Below are positions 23,488 to 36,844 of a stretch of DNA of 64,000 bases, in pieces; position 1 is the stretch's first letter; every line of letters starts with the position of its first letter. The DNA is taken from NCBI RefSeq assembly GCF_006345805.1, contig NW_021834785.1, forward strand, positions 1 through 64,000, written 5' to 3'. A model generated the notes under the pieces. That model worked only from the letters and a program-made list of their open reading frames with translations. It searched no databases and was not told the DNA's origin. The position numbers and the translations under genes were made by a program. The stretch is from Octopus sinensis. Its lineage: Eukaryota.

Positions 23488-25125
23488 ATTATTTGAGACA
23501 AAACCACTAGTTTGCAAAACAAACAGGAAAGACTTAATCAACATAAATTTAATAAATAGTCAAAAAACCGCCACTACAATCGTTTCTTGTCTTGATTGTA
23601 ACTGAATTGTATATGTATTTGATTTAATCCTTATGTCATAATGTTATTTTTGATATTCTGGTTAATTACGATGTATTTATTGTTGTTTTCATAAGAGTGT
23701 TTATGTATATAATTGGTTGTGAGTTTTTTAATTGTATAATTAATTTATTTATCTGTATGAGTGTGGGTGTAAATATTGTTGTATATATCGAGTTTTAGTG
23801 AGTATGTATATGCGTATAGTGAGGGAGCATATGTCTCTGTTGTGTGTGTGTGTTTTGCGTGTGTGTGGTGTTTTGTGTGTGAATGTGTATTTGGGTTTGT
23901 TATTTAGGATTTGGGATGTATGTGTTAATTTGTCTGTGTGGGGAGGAGTGGTTTTTTGGTGTATTGAGGTTTATAAGTTAGTATAGGTTTGTGTATAATC
24001 TTGGGTCCTGTGGTTTACGTGTGGGTTTTTGTGTGGAATGTTTAGGTTAGGGGGATTGCTATATAAGTTTGTTATATGGGTTTAGCAAAGGAGATTTTAT
24101 CGTTATATGCTTTTATGAGTTTTGGTTTATCATGGTTTTTTTTAGGTATTCGTGGTATTTTGTATATTTTAGGTTGTTGTTATTTTTTACATTGTTTCAT
24201 TCATAATTTTTGAGTGGTGTTCGTTTTTGCCACGTGAATAACCGGGTGGTGGACTAGCGTTGCTTGGAATGTGAATGGAATAGTGTAGTAGTGAGTAGGC
24301 ATAGAAATGGGATTGGGTTACTGCAAGTTGTTTGTTAGAGATGCTAAGGTGAGTTAACTCATAAATGTATATAATGTTTTTTGTGGGTGTGTAAGTATTG
24401 TTGTATATGTCGAGTTTAGTGAGTATGTATAGCGTATATGTGAGGGAGTTATGTATCTTTACATGTGTGAAGTGTTTTTTTGCGTGTGAGTGTGTGTTTT
24501 GTGTGTGAATGTTATATGGGTTTGTTATTTAGGTTTTGGGATGTATGTGTTAATTGTCTGTGTGGGGAGGGAGTGGGTTGTGGTTGTATTGAGGTTTATA
24601 AGTTAGTATAGGTATGGTATAAGTCGTGAGTCTGGGTTTACGTGTGTGTATTTGTGTGTGAGTTTAGTTAGGGGGTTTACTTTATAGGTTTGTTATAGAG
24701 TTAGCAAAGGGAGATTTTATCGTTATATGTTTTTAAGAGTTTTGTTTTATCATGGTTTTTTTTAGGGAATTCGTGGTAATTAGTCTATATTTTCGATATG
24801 GATTATATATAGGTTTATATGGATTATATACTTTATTTTTTTCATTTATACTTTATTATTTAAAAGTATTATTTTTATATTTTAAAATTTTGATTTTTTA
24901 GATTGGAAGTCCACCTGAAATTGTCGATCAAGACAAGAAACGATTGTAGTGGCGTTTTTTTTGACTATTTATTAAATTTTATGTATTGATTAAGTCTTTC
25001 CTTGTTTTTTTTGCAAAATAGTGGTTTTGTCTCAAATAATATTTTATAATATTTTACTATAAAATGGGATTTAATCCTAAATCTGGTTTTTTTTCCCTGT
25101 AATTTGGATATTCCCTAATATTTAT
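23488..25125. mobile_element. Penelope-like fold-back structure (family B): inverted terminal repeats around a tandem duplication
   Basis: 23488-23596 is an inverted repeat of 24927-25040. The interior holds two ~410-bp copies starting at 23763 and 24383. Hammerhead fold at 24911-24952. The same terminus recurs at 63860-64000. Confidence 0.7.
24911..24952 (+). ncRNA. Type I minimal hammerhead ribozyme motif (PLE family B)
   Basis: CCAC-CUGAAA-UUGUC gaucaa GACAA-GAAAC-GAUU-GUA-GUGG: all three stems form, but the core is one base short of CUGANGA (G8 missing). Confidence 0.6.
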
Positions 25126-25168
25126 TATTATTAATATATATATATTAATATATTATATATATATTATA

Positions 25169-25218
<50 letters not shown>

Positions 25219-25584
25219 GCATTACACACAGTATATATTTCATAGAAAAAAACAACAAAAATATACCACAGTAAAAACCTTGACCAATCGCTTTTCAAAT
25301 TGAAAAACGTCCACCACCACACAAAAAAGCAATGCAACTAAAAATGAAAACAGCAACAATAATTATATCGATTAGTCATATATTCGATTTTCAAGGTTGA
25401 ACGCACGGAACTAATGAACGTCACGTGGTGTCTGTCAACTAGGATAGCAATATCGAGACAGCAATGTAGGTATTGATTTGTCATTGTTGTCTAATGAAGC
25501 GAAGAGACCCAGCTGATGTTGATGTTTGTCTCTGTAGCATAAACAGTATAGCAGAACTGTAGCAACTACACTCATTCAGCTTCA

Positions 25585-25616
<32 letters not shown>

Positions 25617-25620
25617 CACA

Positions 25621-25655
<35 letters not shown>

Positions 25656-27289
25656 ACTGATCCCAGGTGAACTGTCTGATCGCGATTCGCAGTTTCTCGC
25701 TCACTGTCCTCAGGATTCTGCTTTGAATAAATATTATTCCACTAGATCTAACAGTATTGCGTACGTGATTGCCACTCAGTTACCACTTGGTTGGATTTCA
25801 ATTCAAAGTGCACAGAACTCTGCAAATCCCTACTAATACTCCTTCTTTAAGGAATGAATCACTCTTAAAATTAACAAAATAGCGGTTACTGACATAAAGA
25901 CACGGTGACAAACTTCTTTTGATAATGTGTCAGTCAACTATGTCGGCAAAATTACATGGCAGACATATTTTTATCGAAAGCGGAAGAAGGAAAAAAACGC
26001 TGAGATTTGAACTTAAAATGTAAGGATTCATATTTAACTACCACAGAGTCTGTAACACTACTCACTTAGTCTGGTTCCTCAATCCAATAATCCTGGGAAA
26101 TATTTACATGTTTAAAGCCTGTTTATCATCCTTTTGCCAGCAAAATAATTCTCTCGTTTCCTGTGTAAATCTGACACACGTTCGTGAAACAGAATTTTAC
26201 TTCAATTACAGTAAATTTATTCAAACTGTAATATAACCAGCATATGTATACCTTCAGAACTTTTCCCAGAGGAGCAGATACTACGCTATCTCAACATAAC
26301 AAAATTATATAAAAATATACAGAAATACACATTTCAAATCAAAATGGAGTATTATGACCTAATGAATTATGAAATTATGAGTTACATATCTAGATATCAA
26401 ATTTTATATTCTTTATAACTGAAGAAAAAATGTTATATTTCTCAAGGGAAATATTGTGCAAAAAATTTAGTGTTAATTTCAGTGTTAATTAATAACTCTC
26501 TATTTTTCACTTAAAAATTACGAGGTCTTTCACCATAAATTGATGTCAAAGTCCTATAGAATTATTTCACTCTCTATAAACACGATCGTATATATATACA
26601 TCTTCTCTATTATAAAATTATCAAATCAGTTGTTTACTCAGTTGTTAAGATAATTTTATATATCTTCCTGTCTATATTTTTCATTTAATTTCCTCTATCT
26701 TCATTTTGTGTTTTCCGTTTGCGACCAATTATTTTAACAAAAAGCCAAAGCAGATCTGACAAGATATTGACAAACAATTAAATTCTTAACTTCGTGGTAG
26801 CTAAGATTCATAATCTAGGGATCTAACTCCCAGGAGAAAATAAGCAATAGATTTTACTTTCATGTAAGAAAAATCATTAGCGTCAAAATCAAAAACTTGA
26901 TTAGGAGCAAGCAGTAAAGACCTTGTCTAATATTTGATAAGTACAATGACGGCTCATGACATACTTTTGTTTTACTGCATCTCGTCTTATTCGTTTTTCC
27001 GTGACCTTAGCACGAGTGAAAGAATGAATAGGATTCCAGTAAAAAGACTTTCACTGATAAGCAAATAAAAATAATGAATTTTCTAACACTGAAAATGACA
27101 TGACATAGGAAATATATGCATATACATGTAAACACACACATGCACGCACGCACACACACACACACGCACACACACACACATACACGCACGCACGCACGCA
27201 CACACACACACACTAATCATTGTATATCTTTTGCGCTTTTGCTTTAGAGATTAGAAGCTCAAGTCCTTTTATCTGCCATCATCAGCTCA

Positions 27290-28135
27290 TTTCTTGTACC
27301 GAGGCAATCTTCTGGATATTTAATAGCATAGGATTGTTTCGGGAAGCGACTGAGAGCATACGTTCTCCCTAAGACTAACACGATCTCTTTGTCCCCTTGT
27401 TTTAAATGATCTCAGAATCCAACTAGCCTCTCGCCTGCTCATCAAAATGATATGCATACGGAATGATGCAGCGTTAGTCATGTGGACTTTCAAGTCATGC
27501 ACCAACTGTGATTCTGTAATTAAAATACTCATCTGGTCTTGTGTATTCTGTTTGTGAGCCGATAGGTTAACGCTTGAAACTTTTTAGTACTGAACTGCAT
27601 ATTGTTTCCTCCAGTCTGGTTGTATACCACACATATAGTTTTGTATTATCACCAGGGTCCTTGACAACGTGTGATTCTCATGCATCGTCAGTGAAATTGG
27701 TGATAGTGGCTGACTATAAGACTGGAGGTCTGAAAAAAGAAAACCCAAAACCACCACTAACAGTAGTGGTCCCCGTACTATTCCCTGGAGACACCGCTTA
27801 AGGTTGATGTCTCCTCTTAGAGAGCAATGCTGGTTGCAACAGCCTGAATCCTACGCTTTAAAAAAGTTATGCAGCCTTGTAGCTTTCGCACAATACCAAG
27901 GTTGGGCAGTTTGTGACATCTTTCCGTGATAAACTTCATTGAAGGCCTTGCGGAAGTCGAAACATATCTCATCCACATTTATACGGTTGAGCTGTTGTGT
28001 CACTGACCAGTCATAATACTGTTGCACCTGTGTGAGAAAGCGCCTTCCTGGATGGAAGCTATGCTGCGTGTCAGTGTGCAAGTCATTTTCGTCTTGGAAC
28101 CTGATCAACTTCCTTCCTATAATGCGTTCCATGAA
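27290..28135 (-). mobile_element. CR1-clade LINE reverse transcriptase relic
   Basis: MERIIGRKLIRFQDENDLHTDTQHSFHPGRRFLTQ..NVDEICFDFRKAFNEVYHG (degenerate QHGFRxGRSCLTQL..DFxKAFDxVxH), a frameshifted SGVPQG-like motif near 27770-27800, and SFRMHI..SWILRSFKTR downstream. Confidence 0.85.
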
Positions 28136-28254
28136 TTTGCTAGCATGTTAGACAGATATGCCTGCAGCTTTTTGCACTGCTCTGCTTCATATATGTTCAT
28201 ATACATACATACATACATACATACAATTTATATATTATATATGACTATACATAC

Positions 28255-28314
<60 letters not shown>

Positions 28315-28754
28315 ATATACATATACATATACGTCTATACATATATATGTGTGTCTTTATATATATATATATATGTATATATACGTGCGTGTCTGTATAT
28401 ATATACATGTGAATGTACCTACTCATTCATAAATAAACGCATGAAGTAATTGGTTGTTTCTTGCAAGAATTTGTTTCCGTAGATTCTAAATGTTAGTGCA
28501 GCAACTGGTCAATATATCTATAACCTGTCAGTGTGTTATGTTTATTTGTCTTTGCCACCGGCTTAGAAGATGTTGGCTACATCACTGCTACAAATACGCA
28601 CATACATACGTACACAGACCCCACAAACACACATACACACACAAGTACTCACTCACTCTCTCTCACACACAGAAATATATGTATATAGTTATACATTCAC
28701 ATTGATATATATATATATACACATACATACATACATACATATATATATATATAT

Positions 28755-28795
<41 letters not shown>

Positions 28796-28993
28796 CACAA
28801 ATATATTCACACATACATATATGCCTACATACACACTAATGTATTTATGTATCTAAGTACGTATGTGGTCATATGTTTATATTGAAATATATATAATGAA
28901 TATACATACATAAATACATATGCATATACTCACACATACATGTAAACAAAAGTATGTATACGTTTACATACAAACATATATATCGTGTGTGTG

Positions 28994-29048
<55 letters not shown>

Positions 29049-29703
29049 CTATATATACATATGCATGTATGTTTATGTATTCATATACATGTATGTTTAT
29101 ATATATATATATGTGTATGTATGTATGTATGTATGTATGTATGTATGTTTGTATGTGTATACCAAGATTCTGGCTATTATATTAAAAGTACACTGACTAT
29201 TCACGCAGCCCTACTGAGAAGTTGCTGTAATATTGAATATTTAATCAGTCTTATCTAAAATCAATTTCCCTGAAGATGGCGCATCGCCAGTTTTCTAGTA
29301 GACAAGATAAAGGAGATACAATGAACCCTAATTTATTACTGGTATGCATTATGCTGGCTCGTATAAATCTCGTGAGCCCATGTACTATACTCAAGACGGA
29401 AGTAGATGATGTTGAAGTCTAAATTCAAATATTTACTAAGGCTATTCTCATTGACTTCATATATACTAGGGTGCCACTACAGTCTGACTTCTGTCTACAT
29501 TATTTTATTGTTTCAGTTGCTTCGTTGTTAAGCTGTAGCCATTTTGGATCATCAGCGTGAAGGATTTAGTCTAACTGAACCTTAATGCTTATTTTAAGTC
29601 ACCTGCTAATAAATGAATGCGCAACACTGCGTTTGGTGGGTAAATATTCTTCATTTGTGTATTAACAAAGCATTAGCTATGCCTTGTTAATCCACAAATA
29701 GCA

Positions 29704-29870
29704 TACGAAGGGTGTTGAAAAGTTCCTGGCTCAACCTTCCGAGTTCTTTTACAGGGCTTAGAAAATGTAAAGGATCGCCGCAGCAAGTGTGTGAATCTGA
29801 GAGGGGAATAAGTTGAATAAAATCACAATTAACTGGGTCCTCCTGTATTTTCTTTTACCTGAAGGCGGGT
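29704..29870 (+). mobile_element. Internally deleted mariner element
   Basis: TA + CGAAGGGTGTTGAAAAGTTCCTGGC (mariner-type TIR), then 29755-29820 encoding GLENVKDRRSKCVNLRGE*VE*, the mariner transposase C-terminus. Confidence 0.75.
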
Positions 29871-29890
29871 TTGATCCATATATATATATA

Positions 29891-30296
29891 GGCGTAGGAG
29901 TAGCTGTGTGGTAGGTAGCTTGCTTACGAACCACATGGTTCCGGGTTCAGTCCCACTGTGTGGCTTCTTGGGCAAGTGTCTTCTGCTATAGCCTCGGACC
30001 GACCAACCAAAGCCTTGTGAGTGTATTTGGTAGACGGAAACTGAAAGAAGCCCGTCGCATATATGTATATGTATATATGTATGTGTGCGTATATGTTTGT
30101 GCGTCTGTGTTTGTCCCCCCAACATCGCTTGACAACCGATGCTGGTGTGTTTACGTCCCCGTAACTTAGCGGTTCGGCAAAATAGACTAAGTACTAGGCT
30201 TACAAAGAATAAGCCCTGGGGTCGCTTTTCTCGACTAAAGGCGGTGCCCCAGCATGGCCACAGTCAAATGACTGAACCTAATAAAAGAGTAAAAGA

Positions 30297-30297
<1 letters not shown>
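29891..30297 (+). mobile_element. Full-length tRNA-headed CORE-like SINE with internal (TA/TG) microsatellite
   Basis: A box tagctgtgtggtagg, B box ggttcagtccc, cttgggcaagtgtcttc core, internal TA/TG tract, tail ..aaaagagtaaaagag; matches 51827-52230 and 52453-52876. Confidence 0.85.
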
Positions 30298-30392
<95 letters not shown>

Positions 30393-31460
30393 AAACCCGA
30401 TAGTCTTTCACACAATTTCCTTTTTCCAAATTATATTTACAAGTTATTAGTGGGTTCTAGTCTATGGAACAAGTCACTTGCCCAGTGTATCAATCAGTGG
30501 GACGAGAACCGAAACCACATAGTTGCGAAATGAACTTTTTAATCCCATATTTGTGCCTGCTTAATATATATTCCTTCATATATATTTTTTCTTCGTCTGA
30601 AATGTGGATTGAAACGATATGTTCCTTGTAGTTACGACTTATACTATGTACTCCAGTTTGCACTTATGACTCACATTATATTGTTATTCTAATAATTCAT
30701 GTCAGTCCACTAATGTTATATCATTATATATATATATATATGAACTGTGTTATTTACATTCATGCTTGCATTCTAATAGATAACATTCCGCTATAATCGT
30801 TTGTTATATGGGAAGGAATGTAAGCGTGTTCTGATGAGCCATAACGATCTGAAACTAGTTGTCATGTTTCACTCAGTCATCTATCAAAATATGTCATTGT
30901 CTCAAAACAGAATGTAACTTAATAATGGTGGTGGGATCTCCGTCTTTCGACGATGAGGATTCATTTGTTCTATTGATTGAATTATCTGCTATTGAATTAA
31001 ATGTAAGTGGCCGAACATTCACAGAGAAGCGTAACTTTAACATCATTTCTTTACGTAGTCTCAGCGTAACACAGCGAATGAAAAGGCTGCCACCTTTGGA
31101 TAACAGGTACAGTTCACTCAACAGGTTTCTCTACAGTTTCCTTTAGCCCAATTTCAATCACAACGTATGAGGTAAGGGTGACTCGAGACTATAAGGAATT
31201 ACACTTGTTCAGTACCTCACGCAATGAAATGGAACCTGGGACCTAGTAGTTGCGGAGTGCACCTCTTATGCATACAGCCATATTGCGCTAAAACACTGAA
31301 GCAATATAATCTAATTAAATATGCAGATATTTATCCGTAGAACTTCGTTATTTAAAAGTATTTTCTTTTCTTCAAGAAGACTTCATAATGTTAAAAAATA
31401 TAAATTTGTGATGCAGTAGCGTTAATTCTATCCCTAAACGCATTATAGGTATTCTTTTTC

Positions 31461-31740
31461 GCGCCCTTTTCAAGCCTAGCCAGGTTCATGGGCCCGGTTT
31501 CCCGGTTTCTGTGGCGTATGTGTTCCCCCTAGTTGGACGGAACGCCAGTCCATCGCAGCGTTACCCAGAAAGAGTGAGAGAAAGTTCTGGCGAAAGAGTA
31601 CAACACGGGTCGCCACCACCCCCTGCCGGAGCCCCGTGGAGCTTTAGGTGTTTTAGTTCAATAAACACACACAACGCCCGGTCTGGGAATCGAAACCGCG
31701 ATCCTCCGACTGCGAGTCCGCTGAGTCATTGCGCCTCCAC
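31461..31740 (-). mobile_element. SINE family 3 with V-like tail
   Basis: Minus: gtggaggcgcaatg..ggtttcgattcccagaccgggcgttg..aacacctaaagctccacg..ctttctctcactctt, then gcgatggactggcgttccgtcc..gcttgaaaagggcgc. Confidence 0.8.
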
Positions 31741-32697
31741 ATTATAGGTATTAGTGAAATGCGAATTAAATTGATAAAGGAAGCTGCGTATTTCAGACTA
31801 GCGGCGGTTTTCTCTGCTTTCTCCCACATAGTTCACCGACCTTTTATCATTTTATTTCTAAAACTACGCGTCCTTTTGTAAAGAGGATACTGGATTGTAT
31901 GGTGGTTATTCTTGCTTTAAGGATATATCAAGATGTAGATAGCATCAAAGTTAATCAGTTGAATATTCTTTTTTATTTTTATTTTGGTTCAGTTGATGTT
32001 CTCCCAGAAATAGAATTAGTTTACCTCAAAGGTATAACAGCAACAACAACAAAAACAACAGAACCCCCTCTCCACAGAACAACACATCTACCATTTTCTT
32101 TGGCACGTAATACAATCCGCTTTTCACGAGTGGTCAACTCCTTTAAGAGGGTTTGTCTAATCTTCACAGATTAAATCTATTTTCTTCCACACCTAAAAAG
32201 TAACGGAAACTTAATTATGGCCACTGTTTAGTAGAAAAGTAGCAACTAGTTACGTACAGTTGTTTTGTTATTTTGCCAAGAAAGAAGTGGAGGCCTATCA
32301 GCTAGAGAAGTGGGTGTCTGCCGGGTGGAGATTCATTTGTTTTCTGCTACACCGTAGGATCAACATGGATGTGTCTGTGTGTCTGTATGTAGAAGTTAAC
32401 GGTGAGTGGGTTGAGCAGAACCTCGGAATTTACACACTCAATGACGTAATCACTCACCGAACAGACAATGGAAGTAATAACAGAAAACATGATGGTCATG
32501 ATGACGATGGTGATGGTGGTGGTGATGATGATTAGTATGATGTTGGTGTTGTTTAGCTAAAGGGCAGCAAACCCAATCAGAGCTATAATCAAAGTTATTC
32601 CAGCCGTGCCCATCTCGTTTATTTATCATTATTATCCAACATTTGGCAGTTTCAGGCAAATTTCTACTCCATCACCTGCTACACTACCATGTTTCTT

Positions 32698-32733
<36 letters not shown>

Positions 32734-34261
32734 GCATTATGTGTTCTTTTTTGTTGTTGGGAGTGTGCGATCTCTTCCCGGTATTGTATTGCATCAGTTT
32801 GTTTTGCTATGAGGTCTCGTTGCAGTCTTTTAGTTGTATTAGTGTTTATATTAGATTGTATTGAGTAATGCGAGCTGTGTTCTTCTGTTGGGTATCCGGC
32901 CTCTCCTTCTCCTTCCTCCCCTCCTCCTGCTCCTTCTGCTCCTCCTCCTTAAATTTGTATACGATTAACTAACGTGTCGTTTCCTGTTTTTAAGACGACG
33001 GATGGGAGTGATTTGAGAGAGATATGACAGCTATTTCTTTTAGCTGGAGACTCAGACACTACTTAGAAGCTCCCTCATTGCTCTGATAACGGCGACGACG
33101 ATGTCAATAATGAGGATGGTGATAATCGCGATGATGGATGTGATATTGGTGATGATAACTATTGCACTGCTAGACCTAATCATTTAGCATTTAAACAGAT
33201 TATATTCAGCCCAAATATTCTATCTGTTTTATGATCAAACTGGCTAGATCCAGCCTCTCACATCTGGTTGACGATGTCATTCTAAAACTAATCAATCGCA
33301 ACATCGAAATCTCAAAACTATGAAACAATGCCTGATGACTTTAAAAGAATCTGAATAAATAATCATTTTCTAACTAGCTACTTTGCTTGTTGCAAGATCA
33401 GAAACTGAATGTCACTTGATTTTCTATATATTGCGAGTTGGAGCGAATTCTTGCTATATCTAGCAGCCGAGTGTTCACCACTGACGATGGGCACAAATAA
33501 CCCGAAACCGTTCGGTCTGGTCATCCCGTTGTCTGCTAGAAGATGGTAGGGGTTCGCTCCTTTGCTTGCAATCTATACCGGGTGCAGATTGCATCGATAA
33601 CCAGTTGGAGGAGGCTCTTCTTGGAGTTAAAAACGGCATATTGAATAGCCATATTGATGTGGCGATAAACATTACTTCCAAATAAGCATTACATTTGACA
33701 ACATAATCTGAACGCTAACGAGTTAAAGATGATAATATCGATGCCAATCATAGTGATGATGAGGAAGATGGATTAGAAGAGAGACTAGTGGAAATAAAAC
33801 CATAAATAAAAGGTGGGGGTAGAATTATGCTAATGAAGATATTTGTCAGTGGTATCTATTATTAGAATACCCCCATCCCACACACCTGTCTAATTGTGGG
33901 GTGGTACTGTGTCGGTGAACTGAGGTGTGCCGCTGGTGATCAGTGAATAGCAGGATGGGTTGAACTATATATTCAAAGTAGAGATGTTGGCAATATTGTT
34001 CTCTACATTCACGGATATATTGTTTTACATATACACACCCGTATATAAATACTTCACCCCAGCATATATACATGCGCATAAAACACACATACACGTACAT
34101 ATATACATATAGATACACGTATATTTGCAATCTTATATAAAAATTTTCTCACATTTTCTCTCATTTTCTCTAAAACGTACAGAGAAAAGAAACAAGATTA
34201 TACACACACACATCCATCTATCCATCCATCCGTCCAACCATCCGTCCATCCATCCAAGGAG

Positions 34262-34930
34262 CATCGGTAAAATCTATTTATCAGAACATAGCAAAAAACA
34301 ATAAAATGGACCAGCTTACTGAGAAGATAGTACAGGGGTACTTGGCACAAAAGACACCAACCATGAAAGGGATTTATCATGTCAAAAGCTGGGCATAGAG
34401 TACCGACAAGTTGGTGACATCCCACTACGAAGGCTACCTCTATGCAATTCATGAACAAGAGATCTCCGCCAAGTACATACAGCACAAAATGCAAAAGATA
34501 TTGACAGACAACAAATGTAGGCTGTGCAAGCCCAAGACCGAAGACATCAACCACATTATTGCCACCTGGATGAGGATGTCTTCCATATATTATCTTCCAA
34601 TGAGGCATGATGAGGTGGCCAGAACAGTGAGGAACAGGGTAATCAAGAAAGAAAACACCCACAGTCGAAGGTAACTCTACTGAAACCGATCGGTCAAAAT
34701 AACAGTGTCAAAACTTAAAAGTTAAAACAACAAGGAACAGATATGTTCCGTTTTGGATATCAGCTGCCCTCTGGACACAGTGTGGTTAGAGAAATACAAG
34801 TGGAAGAGGACATCTATGAACCATTGATAAGGAGTTTACAAATCCAGTACCCAAGGTACATTTTCAGATTCAGATATATCATTACTGGGGCGATGTTCTC
34901 GAGCAAGTATAGCTGAATTTGGGATATTGG
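34262..34930 (+). mobile_element. R4-like fragment (finger and endonuclease), related to family D
   Basis: DKLVTSHYEGYLYAIHEQEISAKY..DNKCRLCKPKTEDINHII..YYLPMRHDEVAR, then LDISCPLD..EDIYEPLIRSLQIQYPRYIFRF, matching 14650-15215. Confidence 0.8.
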
Positions 34931-34969
34931 GGAGAGAACGCAAAACCTCAATTCATATTCTAAATGAAT

Positions 34970-35218
34970 GGAGACGGGCAGCTTAGTGCTTAGGGGTGTT
35001 GGACTCCTGATCGTCAGATTGTGGATTTGATTCCTGGATCTGGCGACACATTGTGGTCTTGAGCAAAACACGTCATTTCACATTGCTCCTGTCCCCTCTG
35101 CTGGCAAAATGATTAATCTTACGACGGATCGGCGTCCTGACCAGGTGTAGATTTTATACCCCATGAAGCCGGGAAACCGGCCCTTATAAGTCTGTATGAC
35201 TCGAGAATGTAACTTTTT
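34970..35218 (+). mobile_element. tRNA-headed SINE (family 4), degenerate
   Basis: cttagtgcttaggg..ttgattcctgg..ttgtggtcttgagcaaaacacgtcatttcacattgctcc resembles 58337-58568. Confidence 0.7.
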
Positions 35219-36182
35219 CGCGCTATAAATAATCGAGATACCCGAGACTGTAAAAATCTGCAAGATCTTAAGATTTAAATCATGAATAACAAAACAAGAT
35301 GCTTTCCTTCAAAACCTTGCTATCAAGCAGGTGGCCGGTTAAAATTCATTCTAAATTAAAAAGAGGAAAGGAATATACATATATACGTACAAATACGAAT
35401 ATATAATTACTCCCGATATCAGATAAATATGTTGGGGTTAAAATGGTAATAGAGTCTAGAAGAAGGCTCGCAAAGAAACATTTCAGTTTATAATTTTTTA
35501 ATAGAATTTTGTATTTTCTGATGCTGGTCTTAATATGTCACGGTTTTTCTCCCTGAAAGGATAGTTTGGGCAACAATTATATAGCATATTGTTAATGGCG
35601 TCTGTTCACGGGTAACTTATATATAGTTATATCTTGACTAGGCAACCCAATATAGTGTGTTGAAATTTTTTTTATATAGGGAAAATTACATAGAAAATTA
35701 CATAGAAACTTTTGCATTAATGAAACTTATTTTCAAAAGGAAAAGGGAGAGCATTCAGGAATTAATAGGAGATGTAGGAAGATTTGGTAACAAAGAGACA
35801 CATTTATACATTATTTGATCTTATAATGAGGTCCTTAAAATTAAAAAAAGGTACTAATATATAACCACCAAACAAGAGAAAATTTTGAGATGTATATTAT
35901 TTTTGTTATGAAAATATTTCACTGATTACATAATTTAAAATAACAGCATAGAGAAATTTCCCAAGAGCACATTCTCTATGGGAGACATGTGCTTAAGAGC
36001 GTAATGGCAGTTAATGTTAATGTAGCAGTTAATAGGAGTTGATGTTAATGTAGTTGAGCTAAAAATGAATTTTAATGAGCTCATATTAAACACACAATTA
36101 GACTTAATGCTTATGAAAATTGTTTTCATGAGGATAAGCATGGGAACTGCGGAGTTTATATCGAGAAAAGTTGAGTGTCAGC

Positions 36183-36276
<94 letters not shown>

Positions 36277-36844
36277 GTATTATGTATGCGTGTGTATGTA
36301 TATATACATATATACGCATATGTACATACATACACATTTCACATGCATATATATTTATGTGTGTATGTGTTTGTAGGTATGTAGGGGTATGTGTTCGTAC
36401 GTGTGTACTTATATGTATATGTAGACACGTGTGTACGTGTGTACAAATATATACAAGCAGACACATACATCCGCTCGCACTCAAACATAAGCGCTCACTC
36501 ACTCTTTCTTTCTCTCCCCCTCTCTCTCTCTCTCTCATGCTATTTCTCTCTCTCTCTCACAAACATATACATCTTAAAATTTATCGAACATTGTTCGTAG
36601 ACAGATCGAATACTGATCGCAATCTGATCAAACACTTACTGTGGACTGGACTGATCAAATAATTATCACAAAACCAAGCATAAATTGGCTGCAGGCTGAT
36701 CGAAGACTAACTATAGGGTGATCGCAGCTGTCGCTCAGTGAAGGGAAGTTTTTAATTTGCATAATTTGCAAGTACTTGCGCTTTATAGGGAGGTAAAATA
36801 ATGTCACAAAGGCAGCTGGGTTTTTTTTTGGGGGGGGGCAGGGG

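Noticed and set aside
30825-30870. CTGATGA..GAAAC..GTC hammerhead core words
   Set aside because: Neither stem I nor stem II can pair.
36600-36725. Six GATC words, three at 11-bp spacing
   Set aside because: No longer repeat unit or supporting context; plausible by chance.
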